Shown piece after piece: positions 1-13,719 of a DNA stretch of 64,000 bases. A program made the position numbers and the translations under genes. How positions within the stretch are numbered: position 1 is the stretch's first letter; each line of letters starts with the position of its first letter. The DNA is taken from NCBI GenBank assembly GCA_964016885.1, contig OZ024754.1, forward strand, positions 39,432,001 through 39,496,000, given 5' to 3'. A model generated the notes under the pieces. It saw nothing but the letters and a program-made list of their open reading frames with translations. It searched no databases and was not told the origin of the DNA. This stretch comes from Eledone cirrhosa. Taxonomy: Eukaryota.

Positions 1-208
1 CAACATTAGTAGCAGTAATACTTGGAAATGATACAGCATATATATGTATAGATATAGACGGTATATATATACATACAGAGAGAGAGAGAGAGAGAGGGGG
101 AAGAGGGGGTATATATATATATATATATATAAAGAAAGAGAGAGAGAGAGAGAGAGAATAAATATATATATATATATATATAGAAAGAGAGAGAGAGAGA
201 GAGAGAGA

Positions 209-245
<37 letters not shown>

Positions 246-330
246 GGTTTAGTATCGCTAAAAAGCTTTCTCCGATATTGTATTTATTTATATATATATA
301 TATATATATGTTTATCCCAGGTTCAATCAG

Positions 331-381
331 GGCTTCCTGATGATTTCTCCCGAATGAAACAGTTCTAGTTCTGTAGAAGCC
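331..381 (+). ncRNA. Type I hammerhead ribozyme fold
   Basis: GGCTTC (stem I) - CTGATGA - T TTC TCCC GAA T (stem II) - GAA ACAG TTCTAGTT CTGT (stem III) - A - GAAGCC (stem I'). Cleavage triplet GUA. Confidence 0.75.
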
Positions 382-419
382 ATTTCTATATTGAATATAT
401 ATATATAGAGAGAGAGGGG

Positions 420-509
<90 letters not shown>

Positions 510-973
510 ATATACAGAATAACAAAGGTTAGTTGGTATTTTGTGAAAGACTTAGCCTGAACTTGTTGACTTTATTTCCACGACCATAGAAATAATTAGT
601 AAATACTATATTGATTAAAAAAATTAATTAATAATTTTTTTTTTTTCGTTATATACTGTTATAGAACATAAACACACCTAACACACACACAAATCTTATG
701 AGTAATTGAAGAATTGTTTTCAATGTCAAGATTGAACCAACAGAAGTAATCTTTAGAGCCTTTTTAATCTGAATATCATAATGAATATTTAACTCTTTCA
801 TTAACATATTTCTAAGGAAAGACACCGCCTTTCATTTTCAATTAATTTTGAAAATAATCAAGAATTTGAACAGATTTATTGTTATAAAAACTTCATCATT
901 TCTAAACTGGTGCTTAAGGGATAACAAAAATTTCTTTAAATCTGTAAAAGGTTTCAATTTAAATCGGAACACT

Positions 974-1186
974 TTAAGCCTTTAGCATTTAAACCGGCCA
1001 TATCCGGCCAGAATTCTCTCAACTCTTTCTGTTCAAACCAGCCACTCATACTCATGTTAAGGTATTGTTCTCAAAATAAATAATAACAAAATCTTATAGA
1101 TTTGATATTATGTGAGATAATTATGTGAATAAAGCCTTTACCGTGAAAATACAATAGTATATATAATGTGAGTGCTAAAGGGTTAA
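974..1186. mobile_element. TTAA-flanked piggyBac-type MITE family A (other copies 9480-9734, 30931-31446, 31568-31949, 35612-35838, 41111-41327, about 41912-42135)
   Basis: TTAA-CCCTTTAGCATTT...AAATGCTAAAGGG-TTAA termini. Shared internal GGCCAGAATTCTCTC...CTGTTCAAACC. Confidence 0.85.
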
Positions 1187-2324
1187 ATATGAACATTTTA
1201 AAATCAAATGGCTATCATCATCATCACCGTTTAATGTCCATTTTCCATGCTTTCATGGGTTAGGCATGTTGTCCACAACATGAGACAAGTCTGGCCAGAT
1301 TGGCCGTGTCCTACTTTGTTCAGATGGAACTGTAAAATTTGGCCAGAATTTTTACAGCTGGCTGTCCTTCCTAGCATCAACCACATTTTCAGTGTGGGCA
1401 GGATGGCGCCGTTATGAGGAGAGACAGGCCAGTTGGCTGCACCATACCCGGCCCACACTGGAACCAGTTTCGGAGCCACAACCACATTGACAGTGTGGGG
1501 CTAGATGGCACCAATATGAGGAGGATCAGACCAGTTGACCGTTCCATAAAACCAAGGCTAGTTTCAGGTGGTCTGGTGATGACAGGGTTAAATGATATTA
1601 ATGTAACACTTTTGATATCAAACCATCTGAAACTGTCAAAGGTTTTTAGTATATGAAGAGTTTGTTTGTATTCATCTCAAAAACCTTCCATCCTAATTTC
1701 ATATAAAAGAACCTTTGTCAAGTTATGTTCCAAACACCAGCTTAATAATGAGAAAATTAGTTATATTACTAAATGCCTCCAAATTCTTGTTTATTTTCAA
1801 AATGATTTGAAAATTATAGGCAGTGTTCTTCATTAGAAATATTGTAACATGTGTGTGTGTGTGCAAGTGTGTGTGTGTTTGTGTGTGTCTGTCTCTGTGT
1901 AGTGGTTCTAATAGAACACCAAATCAATAATAAACATTCAATACTGAAATGTATTGGTAGAATATAGAAAATGAACATATATCAAAACACCTGATCACTT
2001 TCAAAGCACCACACACAATACACAAGATAAAGATTTTTAAAAAACATTTTACTGGAAACTTTAAATGGATTGTGAAGGTGGAGCTGGGGTGAATAAAACA
2101 GAATATTATTAGGTTTATTAAGATTGAGGCCACCAAACTGATAGCTGTGTATATAAGAGAGGAGATTTGAAGTCTACGGGAAATTCAAACAATTTTAATC
2201 TAAGATGAAACAAGACTTTTAGAACTTTATGGAGATTTATGAGTTTTTTTACAGAATATTATAATTATATATATATTATATATATATATATATTATATGT
2301 ATATATATATATATATTATAAATA

Positions 2325-2369
<45 letters not shown>

Positions 2370-2851
2370 TTGACGGGACTAGCATAAGTTTCCCTGCTAG
2401 TACCGGTTGCATCTCAGCGTACTCTCTCTCTCTCTCTCTCTCTATATGAGGAACGATCGACTTTCGTCAAATCGGACCGAGGGAACAATGTTTCCGTTGG
2501 TCTTTCCAATTGCTAATACTATCTATCGGTCGCAACTCCAGGTAGAAGGAACAACGTGAAATAAAGTGTCTTGCTCAAGGACATAACGCATCGCCTGGTC
2601 CAGGAATCGAACTCACAACCTTACGATTGCGAATCCGATTCTCTAACCACTCAGCCACACGCCTTCTCTCTCTCTCTATATATATATATATATCATCACC
2701 ATTATGATAAAGATGATATTACATATATATGATATATATATATACTACTGTTGTATGAATACTATCAAAATATAAATAGCTTTCATTTCTTTCATTTAAA
2801 CAGAGAATCTTGATTAAATTTAATCGTGAAATTTTTATTTGTCTAATCCAT

Positions 2852-2956
2852 CAGTTAATAAAATCTTCCAGCAGATTTTAAAGTATTTAAGCTTTAAAAA
2901 AGACCAGTTAATAAAATCTTCCAGTAGATTTTAAAGTATTTAAGCTTTAAGAAAGA
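2852..2956. repeat. Tandem duplication of about 53 bp
   Basis: CAGTTAATAAAATCTTCCAG(C/T)AGATTTTAAAGTATTTAAGCTTTAA occurs twice. Confidence 0.9.
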
Positions 2957-4748
2957 ATGTTTTTGAACATCAACAACAAGAAAGACCATGTTGCTGTATA
3001 AGAATAAATAATAATGAATAAACTAACAATAAACAAGCGTCACCTTAGTCTGTCGACACTTTCTATCATCTCCAGCAGAATAAAGCTGAGATTTTTCATT
3101 TAATAATAATAATAATGATATAAATGCTAATAATAACAACAATAATAATAAAGACGACGATGCTAAAAGCACAATTTCCTAATTTAGACTATAAAATTGA
3201 ATATTGACTCATAAATATAGCTCAATTCATAAGCAATCCAACTATAGCAATTTAGATTTAAAAAGGAAAAAACAAAAAAGATTTTAATATAAAATTGATT
3301 AAAAAATAATTAAAAAACTACAAGAACAATAGCACTGATACAATGAGGTATACAATTTAAAAATAAAAAAAATAATAATAATAATTTTAAAAAAAACATC
3401 AGATTCCTAATAATGGTTTTCTTATATCAAAAATATGAACTGAAGTAAATTTAGTAAAAATTATACTTACAGCAATACTGTGGGTAAAGTATACAACAAA
3501 TATGGCCTGATTTAGCTTTCTAAAATGATCAGAGTGACTGATTTGCTAGGACTTTTGTTTGATTTTTTTTTGTGGTTTATTTTTTTTTTTGTATGCTTCA
3601 CCCTCTCACTCTCTCTTTCGTTTCTTTGTGTGAGAATGTTGACGACAAAGTCATTGGTGTTTTTTTTGTTGTTGTTTTGGTTTTTTTTTTGGAAATGTTC
3701 TCTAATGGAATCCAAAGACAGGCTTTTGATATACATTTGTGATAAAATATTTAAACAAAAAACAGAAAACTGCAGTGATGAGCCCAAGCAAAACAAAGAT
3801 GGCTTCCTTCAAAGATAAGTCTGGCAAAATTGTCAGTGGCTCAATCCACAATGTAAGACACAGGTAATAGATGCAAGGAATCATTTACATCAGGTCATCC
3901 ACTGTATTTTTTATCCAAACTGTAAATATTTTGAAGTAATGCAACCATCTTTTCTCTCTTTTCCTACATATTTAAAAAAAATGTTGTGGTTTTCATTTTT
4001 TTTTAAAGCATTGTCATTTTCTTTGACCAATGACTGAAGATTATATATATACATATGTATATATATACATATATATATACACACACACACAGACACACAT
4101 ATATATATACATGTCCTGAGCCAAGCAACAGTTTAAGACTTTGTATTACAGACACCAACAAAACCAGAACAAATGAATACCAGAAGAGACAAGCAAAGAG
4201 AACAAAATGTTTTAAAAAATGAAAGAAAGAAAAGAAAAGAATGAAAGAAAAAGACAAAAAAGACCAAAAGCCATAGAAATATATCTTGTAACACTAAATA
4301 TAAAATAGATTCTTTGTATCTTTGAGAATTTTAAGAAAGAGTGTGCAAAACTGTTTCCACGTAAAACTGTGATCCTGTAGTAGTAGTTAGTAGTAGTAGG
4401 AATAGTAATAATAGTAGGAATAGTAGTAGTAGTAGTAGTTTCATAAACTTCATATTTGCATTCACAGTATATATTTTTTTAATATCTTAAATGAATAGAA
4501 GAGTAATGGAAAATAATTCTTTTTTTTTTTTTTAAATTCGCTTTATATCTCAATTTTCTTACAACAGTTCCAATGAATTCTTTCCATTGTTTGATTGTCA
4601 AATTCCTTATTATTATTTTTTTTTTTAAAAAGAACTTAGCATAACTGTTTGTTTTGAATACAGTCAAGATTATACACAACCCCAAAAAGAAATAGAAAAT
4701 GAAAAATTTCAACAAACCTGGGCAAAGTTTGACCCCTGTGAGAGTATA

Positions 4749-4823
<75 letters not shown>

Positions 4824-7135
4824 TCTCAAAAGTTATCTTTTGAAGGTTTTACCTTCTGCTATTTGTTGATTTTGCAGAGGTTGCCCTGTATTTTTGGTTG
4901 ATTTTTTTCGTTTTGTTTATTTTCAGCCAAACAGAATAGAAACTATAAGAAGAATTCTATTCATTTTCTCTTGTTATTTTTTGCCTTTTTTTTTAAATTT
5001 AAAAAAAAGTTTTCTTTTTTTTTTTTGAAAGACTGTATGGCTAAGTAAGTGGTTTTATGGTTTATGCTGATGTGATGCCAGAATCATATCAAAAGCAATC
5101 CATGCAACAGAATCTATGTAATTAAGTCAAAATGGCTAGATTTCATGCCCAAAGTTTAATAGAACCATCATCAACAGAGATCAAACTTCACACACATTGA
5201 TTGATTTCAGAGGGTTAGTCAGACATTGAAAAATGATTCATCTTTCTCTCTCACTCTTTCTTTGAGAGAATAATATGAGTTATGATAGCAATAAAATCAA
5301 GATTTTACTGCTAGTTAGTAGAATTAGTGAGATTGTTTAAGGAGTAATGTGTCACAGCTCAAAGTTAAGCAGAATCAACTGAGAATGGTTAGAAATATAT
5401 GAGAATAAGTCTAAAACAATACAGATTAAACAGCTTCATATTACCAACACAAGTTATCTAGCAGCAACTTGAGAAAGACATAAGACAAGTAGCCAAGACT
5501 TTAGAATAATACTTAACATATAAGATATATCTTTATAATGTTATTTTAAATTATGGTGTGTGTGTGAATGTGTGTGTGGATAAAGGTAAACACTCACGTT
5601 TTAAATATATTAAGATATTTAAACTTTTTTCACCACCCCAATCCTAGACACACACACACACACAGTCACAGAGAGATCTTTAATGTCATTTCAAATTATG
5701 TGTGTGTTTCAATGAGAGAGTGTATGAGTGAGAATGTGTGTGTGAATCTGTAAATGTGTGTGTATGTGTATTGATGAAAGCAAACACTCAAGTCTTAAAT
5801 ATATAAATATATTTAAACATTTTTTTTGTATTTTTGGCCACTCAAATCCCTCCAAACACAGAAACATAGACACAGACACATAGACACAGACACACAGACA
5901 CACAGACACATTTAAGATTTGAATGGAGGAAATGAACAGGTCGTAAGTATTTACTTATTTAGTTCTAGAAATTGAAGACAATCAGTTTTTGTGCTCGCTA
6001 TAAAGTTTTATTAATATAGATTTAGAAAATGGAAAAAATGAAATGGCAAGAAATGAAGCTAACAGAGATAGAAAGTTATGCATGTGTATGTGTACACACA
6101 CACACACACATTCACACATTCAAACTCACATACACATACTCACACAAAAGATCTTTTCATTTAACCATGCATCTAAACACATAATTATGTTGTAGTTTTA
6201 TCTTTTCCAATGAGGTTTGTTTTGAAATATTTCTGTATAAGTTGAGGATGGTGGATGGACAGAATTGGTAGAGTGTCGGATAAAATGCCACTTTGATATT
6301 TGTTCCGGTTCTCTACATTCTGATTTCAAATCCCGCCTGAGTCAACTTTGCCTCTCATCCATCCAGGGTTGATAAAATAAAGTACAAGTCATGTACTAGG
6401 GTTGATTTAATCAACTTTGTCTATCCCCCAAATTTGCTGGCCTTGTAACTTAATTTGAAATCAATATTTCTATATGAGTCCCTTGCAGCTTGTTTAGAAC
6501 AGTAAAGCTCCCAAATCCATCATCAACATTTTTAAGCATTCACAGTCCCAGCTTCATGATGAAGTGACATTGGCATATAGCTGAAACTTTATAACAGGTA
6601 GAGTCAATATGATTTCTTTAGACATCACCACCAGAATTTGTATTTTTGATTGTGGTAAGTGTATACAACAAGGAGCAATTGCGATGCACTGCATCACACA
6701 TCACAAAACTAGACAAGATAGGAAAACATTAGTAAACAATACAACTATATTGTACAGAATTCCCCACAAAACCGCACGATTAATGATAAAGCAATACTCA
6801 TAGCACAGCACAACGCTAGAATAAACACACAAATAATATACACTATTAAACAAACAAATATAAATATGAAACTGATTTAACAGTTAAAAACTCAAATTCA
6901 AGTAGCAATGTCTACATCAGTCACATTGGTACAGTCTACTGTAAACCAGCAGCAAGATGTTAAAATCACTTCTTCCTGAAGATGTAACTATGAACGTCTG
7001 AAAACAGTGACAATATATTTGAGAACTTCACTGTTTCAAACAAGGATCTTATAGAAAAATATTGGGGAAAAAAACTTTCATAATAAAAGGTAAAACTACA
7101 ATACAGTTGTGTTTTCAGTACAACACACACACACA

Positions 7136-7181
<46 letters not shown>

Positions 7182-7991
7182 GAAAAGATTCAGGACCCCA
7201 AGGGCTGAGCTCCAGCCGTTTCAACAGCTAGATCCGAACACATATATATATGTGAAAATACACACGCACACTCCAAGAGGAAGGGACTGTTTTTCAGAAT
7301 CTCAAATTATTTAGAAAAACCCTCAGAGAAAAAGAAGTTTAAGTATATATATATATATTTTTTTTTTTAATCTTTTTACATAAAGTTTAAAATGAATAGA
7401 AAAGATGTAAGCAATGTTATGAAGCTAGACAGATGTGAAAGAAAACAATAACTCTGTAGAGCAACAGTGTGGTGCTTAATATCACATGAACAAAATATAA
7501 TATTGAATGTTGATCGGAAAGAATGCCCCAAAACAGTGTCTCAAATATATAATTGAAACATTCTAAATAGATATATCTATAAATTCAAAAGTTCAACATA
7601 AAAACCAACGTGTGACACCCGATGCCACTCATATACATCATAAATGCTCACCCAACCTTACTGAAAGCTTTGAACATATTCTCAGAAATGGCCTATTATA
7701 ATAATTCATTTTTTTTTTTTTTTTGTGTGCGTTTTTAAATATAACAAACAATCTGAAACAATCATGTACAGACTATTTCTTAACACAGAATATCAGACAA
7801 CAAAACACATCAAAATATATTATTATATATTTACAGAATCATTATTTAATGACCTAACATTTCAAAAATGATTTCTTTAAAGAATACTGAAACAAAATAA
7901 CATATTCTAATGATCCAAAAATTCTGTACCACAGCTAAATGGTACAGCTAGCTTTGATAATTTACTTGCTGATAAATTTATAGAATAAAAT

Positions 7992-8250
7992 TTAACCCTT
8001 TTGATACCAAACTGCCAAACCTGCCCTGGTTCTAAAAAAACAAAACTGTTTCTACTGAAGTGTTTATATTTATCTAAAAACCTTCCGTCAAAATTCTGTG
8101 TAAAAAAAAAAAAAAACGTGTTAAGGTATGGTCAAAATACCAGGAAAATAATGAGAAAGTTAGTTATATTACTAAATCCCTTCAAATTCTTGATTATTTC
8201 AAAACAATGGGCAGTGTTTTTCATTAGGAATATGGTAACAAAAGGGCTAA
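7992..8250. mobile_element. TTAA-flanked MITE family B (many decayed copies, e.g. about 1600-1850, 9774-9980, 33625-33765, 35411-35891, 36490-36744, 41482-41749)
   Basis: TTAACCCTTTTGATACC...GTAACAAAAGGG(C/T)TAA termini. Shared internal AAGTTATGTTCCAAACACCAGCTTAATAATGAGAAA. Confidence 0.75.
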
Positions 8251-10223
8251 AACCTTCATCTCAACAACAGTAACTGGAAGAAGCCACGTACAACACAGAA
8301 ATAAAATCTAAAATATTCAGAAATGTTTTCAAACCAAATAAATCTCTTACATATGCTCAACACAAATGCAAATGTACATAGAAAATATATGTAACAACTA
8401 GATTAAGATTTGTCTCTTAGACAGACATAAAAAACAAAGAAGAAAAAATATCAATCAATAATCATCAGCTCTGTGTAAATTAAAATAATGAATTAATTTA
8501 ATTTCCAAACAATATTCAGTTAGTACGTCTAAATTAGCTTGTTTCATTAGCAATTTGAATTGAAATATTTCAATAGGGTGATTGCAAACTGTAATATGAG
8601 AGTTTCAAGGAATATCTAGCTGGTATATATATAAAGAAGTTAAAATCTGTCCCAACCCTAGATATTTATCAGGCCAGAGATTATCCCCTCTGGACAGGAC
8701 GCCAGTCCATCACAGTGTTAACCCCCAGCTGTAGCTGGTACTTGTTTCTTGTCAACTGAATAAACTGAAGTAACATGAAATGAAGTGTTTTACTTAAAAA
8801 CACAATGCACCTATCAGTCCAACAATTGAATCCAAGACCTTATAAATCACAAGCCTGTGCACCTTCATTATCTGATATAAGTGATTATTATTGATATATA
8901 TATCACAAATTAAAGGAAAATAACATTTAAACTCTTAAGTTGCGGAAACGAGGCTTTTCTTAAAATCCAGATAAAATTTAACCCATGTTTAAATCCTTTG
9001 TGTCACCATCACTATCATGATCACTGTCACCACCACCATCACTTTATTCTAGCATTTGTTTAAACATGATTTAAATATTAATTATATTGTATCTGAATTT
9101 TGTGGACAAAAAACCAACAAAAAACAAAAACACTTATGCAAAATGTAAATTGAATTTAGAAAAGTTAATTGTTATTTGTAATATAAGATTCCTTCACCCC
9201 TAACCTCATAGAGAGTTGGCAGAATGAGTTTATTCGCGAGAGAACAAGTTTTAGATTTGGGTACAGCTGAGGAAGAACATCGGTGATATTTTAAATAGAA
9301 AGATAGTCCACACACTATCAAGATTATTTCATTACATTAGTATCTGGTAAAAACACCAAATTAAATATGAAAACACAAGACAATTTTTATAACTATATAT
9401 TTGACATACATATTCCTTCATTTCTATTTGGGATAAGTATATTAGGGATATATATATATATAAGCTATTATCGCAAATGTTAAGCCCTATTTCAAATGTA
9501 ATGCATAATCTAAATATTTCTTTCTAAGAATAATATTATTTTAGCATGTACATTACTCTATATTTACAATTGTATTTTCACGGTAAAGGCTTTATCTTAC
9601 ATAATATTGAAGCTATGAGATTTTGATGTTATTTATTTTTAGATACCTAAACATTGCAGGTTACAGCCGGTTTGAACAGAAAGAGGCAAGAGAATTCTGG
9701 CCAGATATGGCCGGTTTAAATGCTAAAGGGTTAAAGATATATATAATATCTGTTAGCGAACATAAAAACATTTAACCCATTTCATGTGAAACAACCTGAA
9801 ACAGGCCCTGGTTCTATGATTCAAAGCTGTATATTTTAAACTGTTTATAATTATCAAAAAGACTTTTATCATAATTCTATCTAAGAACCTTTTGTTAAGT
9901 TATGTTCCTAACACCATCTTAACAACAAGAAAATTACTTATATAACTAAATCCCTTCAAATACTTAATTATTTTGAAAATAAAAATAAAAATTCAATTTT
10001 TTTACACCCTGTAATGGTTTAGCAGAAAATATCTAAAAATGTGTTTGTGAATTCAAATGTTTATAATATCTTTGCTGGGGAACAGATCATTATGAAAATT
10101 TGCTGTATTAAAACAAAAACTATAATTTTTGATATGATGCAGTGATAGTGGTGTTTTGTATATTTTAAGAATGCCTTGCTAATGTGGTTTCATGTGATAC
10201 AGGACGTTAAGAATTAAATTAAA

Positions 10224-10311
10224 TACAGGGTGTCCCCAAAAATGTATACACACTTCAACAACATTCTAATAAATATGTGTATACATTTTTTTTTGGGGGG
10301 GACACTCTGTA
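10224..10311. mobile_element. Tiny Tc1/mariner-type MITE (second copy at 14748-14826)
   Basis: TA-CAGGGTGTCCC...GGGACACTCTG-TA, palindromic. Confidence 0.75.
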
Positions 10312-10926
10312 GTTATTAAAATACCAGTTAAATACAATTAAATAAGTAAGAAATCTAGGTTAAGTGTTAAAGTGTCCCAAGCCCAGAGGGTTATCAGGCC
10401 AGAGCTTATCCCAGTCTCATTGGCATCAAGCAATCTTAAGTATACCCCAGGACAGGATGCCCCATCCATTGTAGGGTTAACTTCCAGTTGCTTCTGCTGA
10501 GACTCATTTTTATCTGAGAGGACTGGAGCAGAAAATGGACGACATAAAATAAAGTGTCTTGCTCAAGGACACAAAGCACCACCCAATCAAGGAATCGAAC
10601 CCATGATGTTGTGACGGTAAACCCAACAACACTCCTAACCACTTGGCTGTGAAGCTTCACCATCCTAAATAAAGTATTAGATATTTGTATGCTTAAGTGT
10701 GATTTGTGGACATGTAAGTTAGATTGGAAGGAAATATGAAAATACTTCAACACAGCAACCAATATCAATAACAAAGAACTATCATTTCACAATCTGCAAA
10801 TATATATAAAGACACAGCCCTTAAATTTCAACAATTGATAAATTCTTTCACAGTTTTAGGAAAAGTGATTCATTTTTTTTTTCGTATTTTTTTTTTCGTA
10901 TTTTTTTTTTTTTTTACTTTGAATAG

Positions 10927-11155
10927 TTAACTCTTAAGATCCTGTAATGATTTCATAGAAAAAATATCTAAAAACATGTTTGTTAATTCAAATGTTTATA
11001 GTATCTTTACTAGTCGACAAATTGTTGTGAAAATTTGCAGTGAACTAAAGTAAACACTTTGATTATATAATATGACACAGTTATAGTGCTGCTTTATACT
11101 TTCCAGGAATGTCTTGCTGATGTGGTTTCATGTGGTACAGGATATTAAGAGTTAA
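10927..11155. mobile_element. TTAA-flanked MITE family C (second copy at about 10000-10218)
   Basis: TIRs TTAACTCTTAAGATCCTGTA / TACAGGATATTAAGAGTTAA. Confidence 0.8.
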
Positions 11156-11609
11156 CATTCACTTTTTTTTTTTTGTTTCCTTCAAAATATTTTGAACAAT
11201 AGAAGAAGAATACTCTTACTTGAGACATGATACAGATGAGAGGTTGTTTTTTTGTTTTTAAATTAGTCACAGTGAAATATTCAGAAACAACGATAAGGGA
11301 AATAAATTAGCTGAATGAATTGGCCTCGTACAATGAAACATATCACTGAATTTCTAATTTCTGTATTAAGATACTGAAAGAAATTCAAACACAACCTCTA
11401 CTATTATTATTATTATTATCATAATTGTTTTTGTTGTTGTTCCAGAAATCTAACATCCCAACTATGTAAGTTTTAAACCCAGGGGGAAATGCAACAAAAG
11501 CTTGAAATATTGAGTTTGTATACAATAATTATTATATCTATACACATATACAATGTATGCATGTATATATGAATGATGTATGTCTGTATGTATGTATGTG
11601 TATATATGT

Positions 11610-11950
11610 ATGTACATAGGTGTTGTTACAGCTCACACCTTGCAGGTGGTTAGTCAGCCTCCTTTGAGATTGCATCTCATCAGAGGGTGCTTGGGTGCTT
11701 TTATGATACAAGCCATAGTCCTATTACATATATGTCTAAAGTCTAAAATACGTCTCAGAGGCTCATCCCGGTTTCCATGGCGTTAAGCGACTGAGAGTAC
11801 AATACTCCCCAATGGACAGTCGAGTATACTGGAGCAACATGAAACGAAGTGTTTTGCTCAAGAACACAACACACAACCCAGTCTAGGATTGAACCCATGA
11901 CATTATGGTCATTAGGGTCCAAGATCCTTACCACTAGGCCACGTACCTCC
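11610..11950 (-). mobile_element. tRNA-derived SINE, second family (related copies 2530-2665, 8665-8850, 10380-10655, 27790-28055, 32690-32820)
   Basis: A-box TGGCCTAGTGG and B-box GGTTCAATCC, then GTGTTCTTGAGCAAAACACTT (CORE/V-like) and CATGTTGCTCCAGT. Confidence 0.75.
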
Positions 11951-12004
<54 letters not shown>

Positions 12005-12422
12005 AATGTGATAGAAAGATTGGAGCCCCTATATATAGACATAGACATACAAACAAAGATATGAAAAGAGTAAACAACACCTGTACTAGTCATTCGTTAA
12101 AATGTAATGTGGAATGTGTACAAGCACCATTTGAAAAGGCCTTAGGCCGTAAATTAACTGAACTGAAGTTAGTTTAAAGCTATGTTTGATAGTATCAATA
12201 ATCAGTGAAAAGATAAATATATACAAGTGATTAGAAACAGAGAATCTACAGCTACATGTAGTATGTCAGAGAGAACAAAAAAATATTTCACATATTTCAA
12301 ATAAAATGACAATGTTAGAAGAGGAAATTAATTAATTAATTAATATATATATATATATATCATCATCATCATCATTTTATGTCCGCTTTTCCCTGCTTGC
12401 AGGGGTGTATATATATATATAT

Positions 12423-12919
12423 AATAAATGTAATCTGAGTTTTTCAAATATTAATAATAACATTCGATTCATTTGCAATTTTGCAAACAAGCCTCAATTT
12501 TATAGCCATGTGAGGAGCATGATATGCAAATGATATGCAAATCTAGCTGATCAGTGGATCTGCTAATATACAGATCTGACTGATCAGCCAGTCTGCTAAT
12601 ATGCAAATCAGGCCAATCAGTCACTGTGTATTTTTGAAAATAGCATATATTTTCACTAGCTCTGACAGTTTGGCAGGTGAACAGTGAGTTGTACTGATGA
12701 AGGGTGATACTCAGAAACATTAGTGTCTGCAGTTCTGTTCGCATGCCAACACAAGAGCAAGAATGAAGTGTTCATTCTCCTCACATGGCTATAAAATTGA
12801 GGCTTGTTTGCATAATTGCAAATGAATCGAATGTTATTATTAATGTCTACTTTATGTAAACCCTTGTGGTTAATAAAGAAATCATTATTAATATTTGAAA
12901 AACTCAGATTACATTTATT
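12423..12919. mobile_element. Inverted-repeat element (about 95-bp arms) enclosing a hammerhead fold; Penelope-like derivative (inference)
   Basis: 12423-12517 is the reverse complement of 12777-12844 plus about 12888-12919, with a short insertion in the right arm. Flanked by TA tracts. Confidence 0.7.
12679..12740 (+). ncRNA. Type I hammerhead ribozyme fold
   Basis: GAGTTGTA - CTGATGA (12694-12700) - A GGGT GAT ACTC A - GAA ACA TTAG TGT C - TGCAGTTC. Cleavage triplet GUC (12725-12727). Stem I extends with GAACA/TGTTC. Confidence 0.78.
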
Positions 12920-12947
12920 GTATTCAGCCATGTAGAGCAAAATTTTC

Positions 12948-13010
<63 letters not shown>

Positions 13011-13017
13011 TATATAT

Positions 13018-13279
13018 AATTCATGGAAAATGTAAGAATCTTAGACAGCAAATAACTGTAAACACAGTCACTTGCTATATATGATAGCTTAGAAAATTGG
13101 GATATGACCCGGTAACAAGAATTTAATAGATATGGGGTTTGATTCTTCGTAGCAAGTGCTGGCCACTTCTTCTGCCTACAGGGGTATTTTACCCAATTTT
13201 CTAACCTATTATATATAGCATTTGACTGTGTTTACAGTTATTTTTCTGTACCCGAGTTTCTCACATTTTCTATGAATTT
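13018..13279. mobile_element. Diverged inverted-repeat (foldback or MITE-like) element
   Basis: About 85-bp imperfect arms (AATAACTGTAAACACAGTCA / TGACTGTGTTTACAGTTATT) around a ~90-bp spacer, between TA tracts. Confidence 0.7.
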
Positions 13280-13307
13280 TATAGCTACTCAAAGCTTCAA
13301 TAGCTTG

Positions 13308-13344
<37 letters not shown>

Positions 13345-13514
13345 ATGTTAATAACTGAATTTCTAGTTTGTTTTTTTTAGTTCAGATTTCTGGCAAAGCT
13401 ATGTTGGAATGATAATGAATAACGGAGTATATTATACTAGAACTAATGATATTTTAACGTAAGGGGGTGGTGGGTTCTTTTGTTATTTCCTTCTTTTCAT
13501 ATGTATGTATATTA

Positions 13515-13556
13515 ATACACACACAAATACACATACATAAGTATATGTGTGTACTC

Positions 13557-13591
<35 letters not shown>

Positions 13592-13677
13592 TAGGAATAC
13601 ACATACATAAGTATATATGTGTGTACATATATATATATATATACACACACAGGAATACACATATATAAGTATATGTG

Positions 13678-13719
<42 letters not shown>

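Noticed and set aside
9205-9270. Possible downstream minus-strand exon (cag|CTGTACCC...GAG|gttag)
   Set aside because: Short, no resemblance to DUF4211, and no partner exons found.
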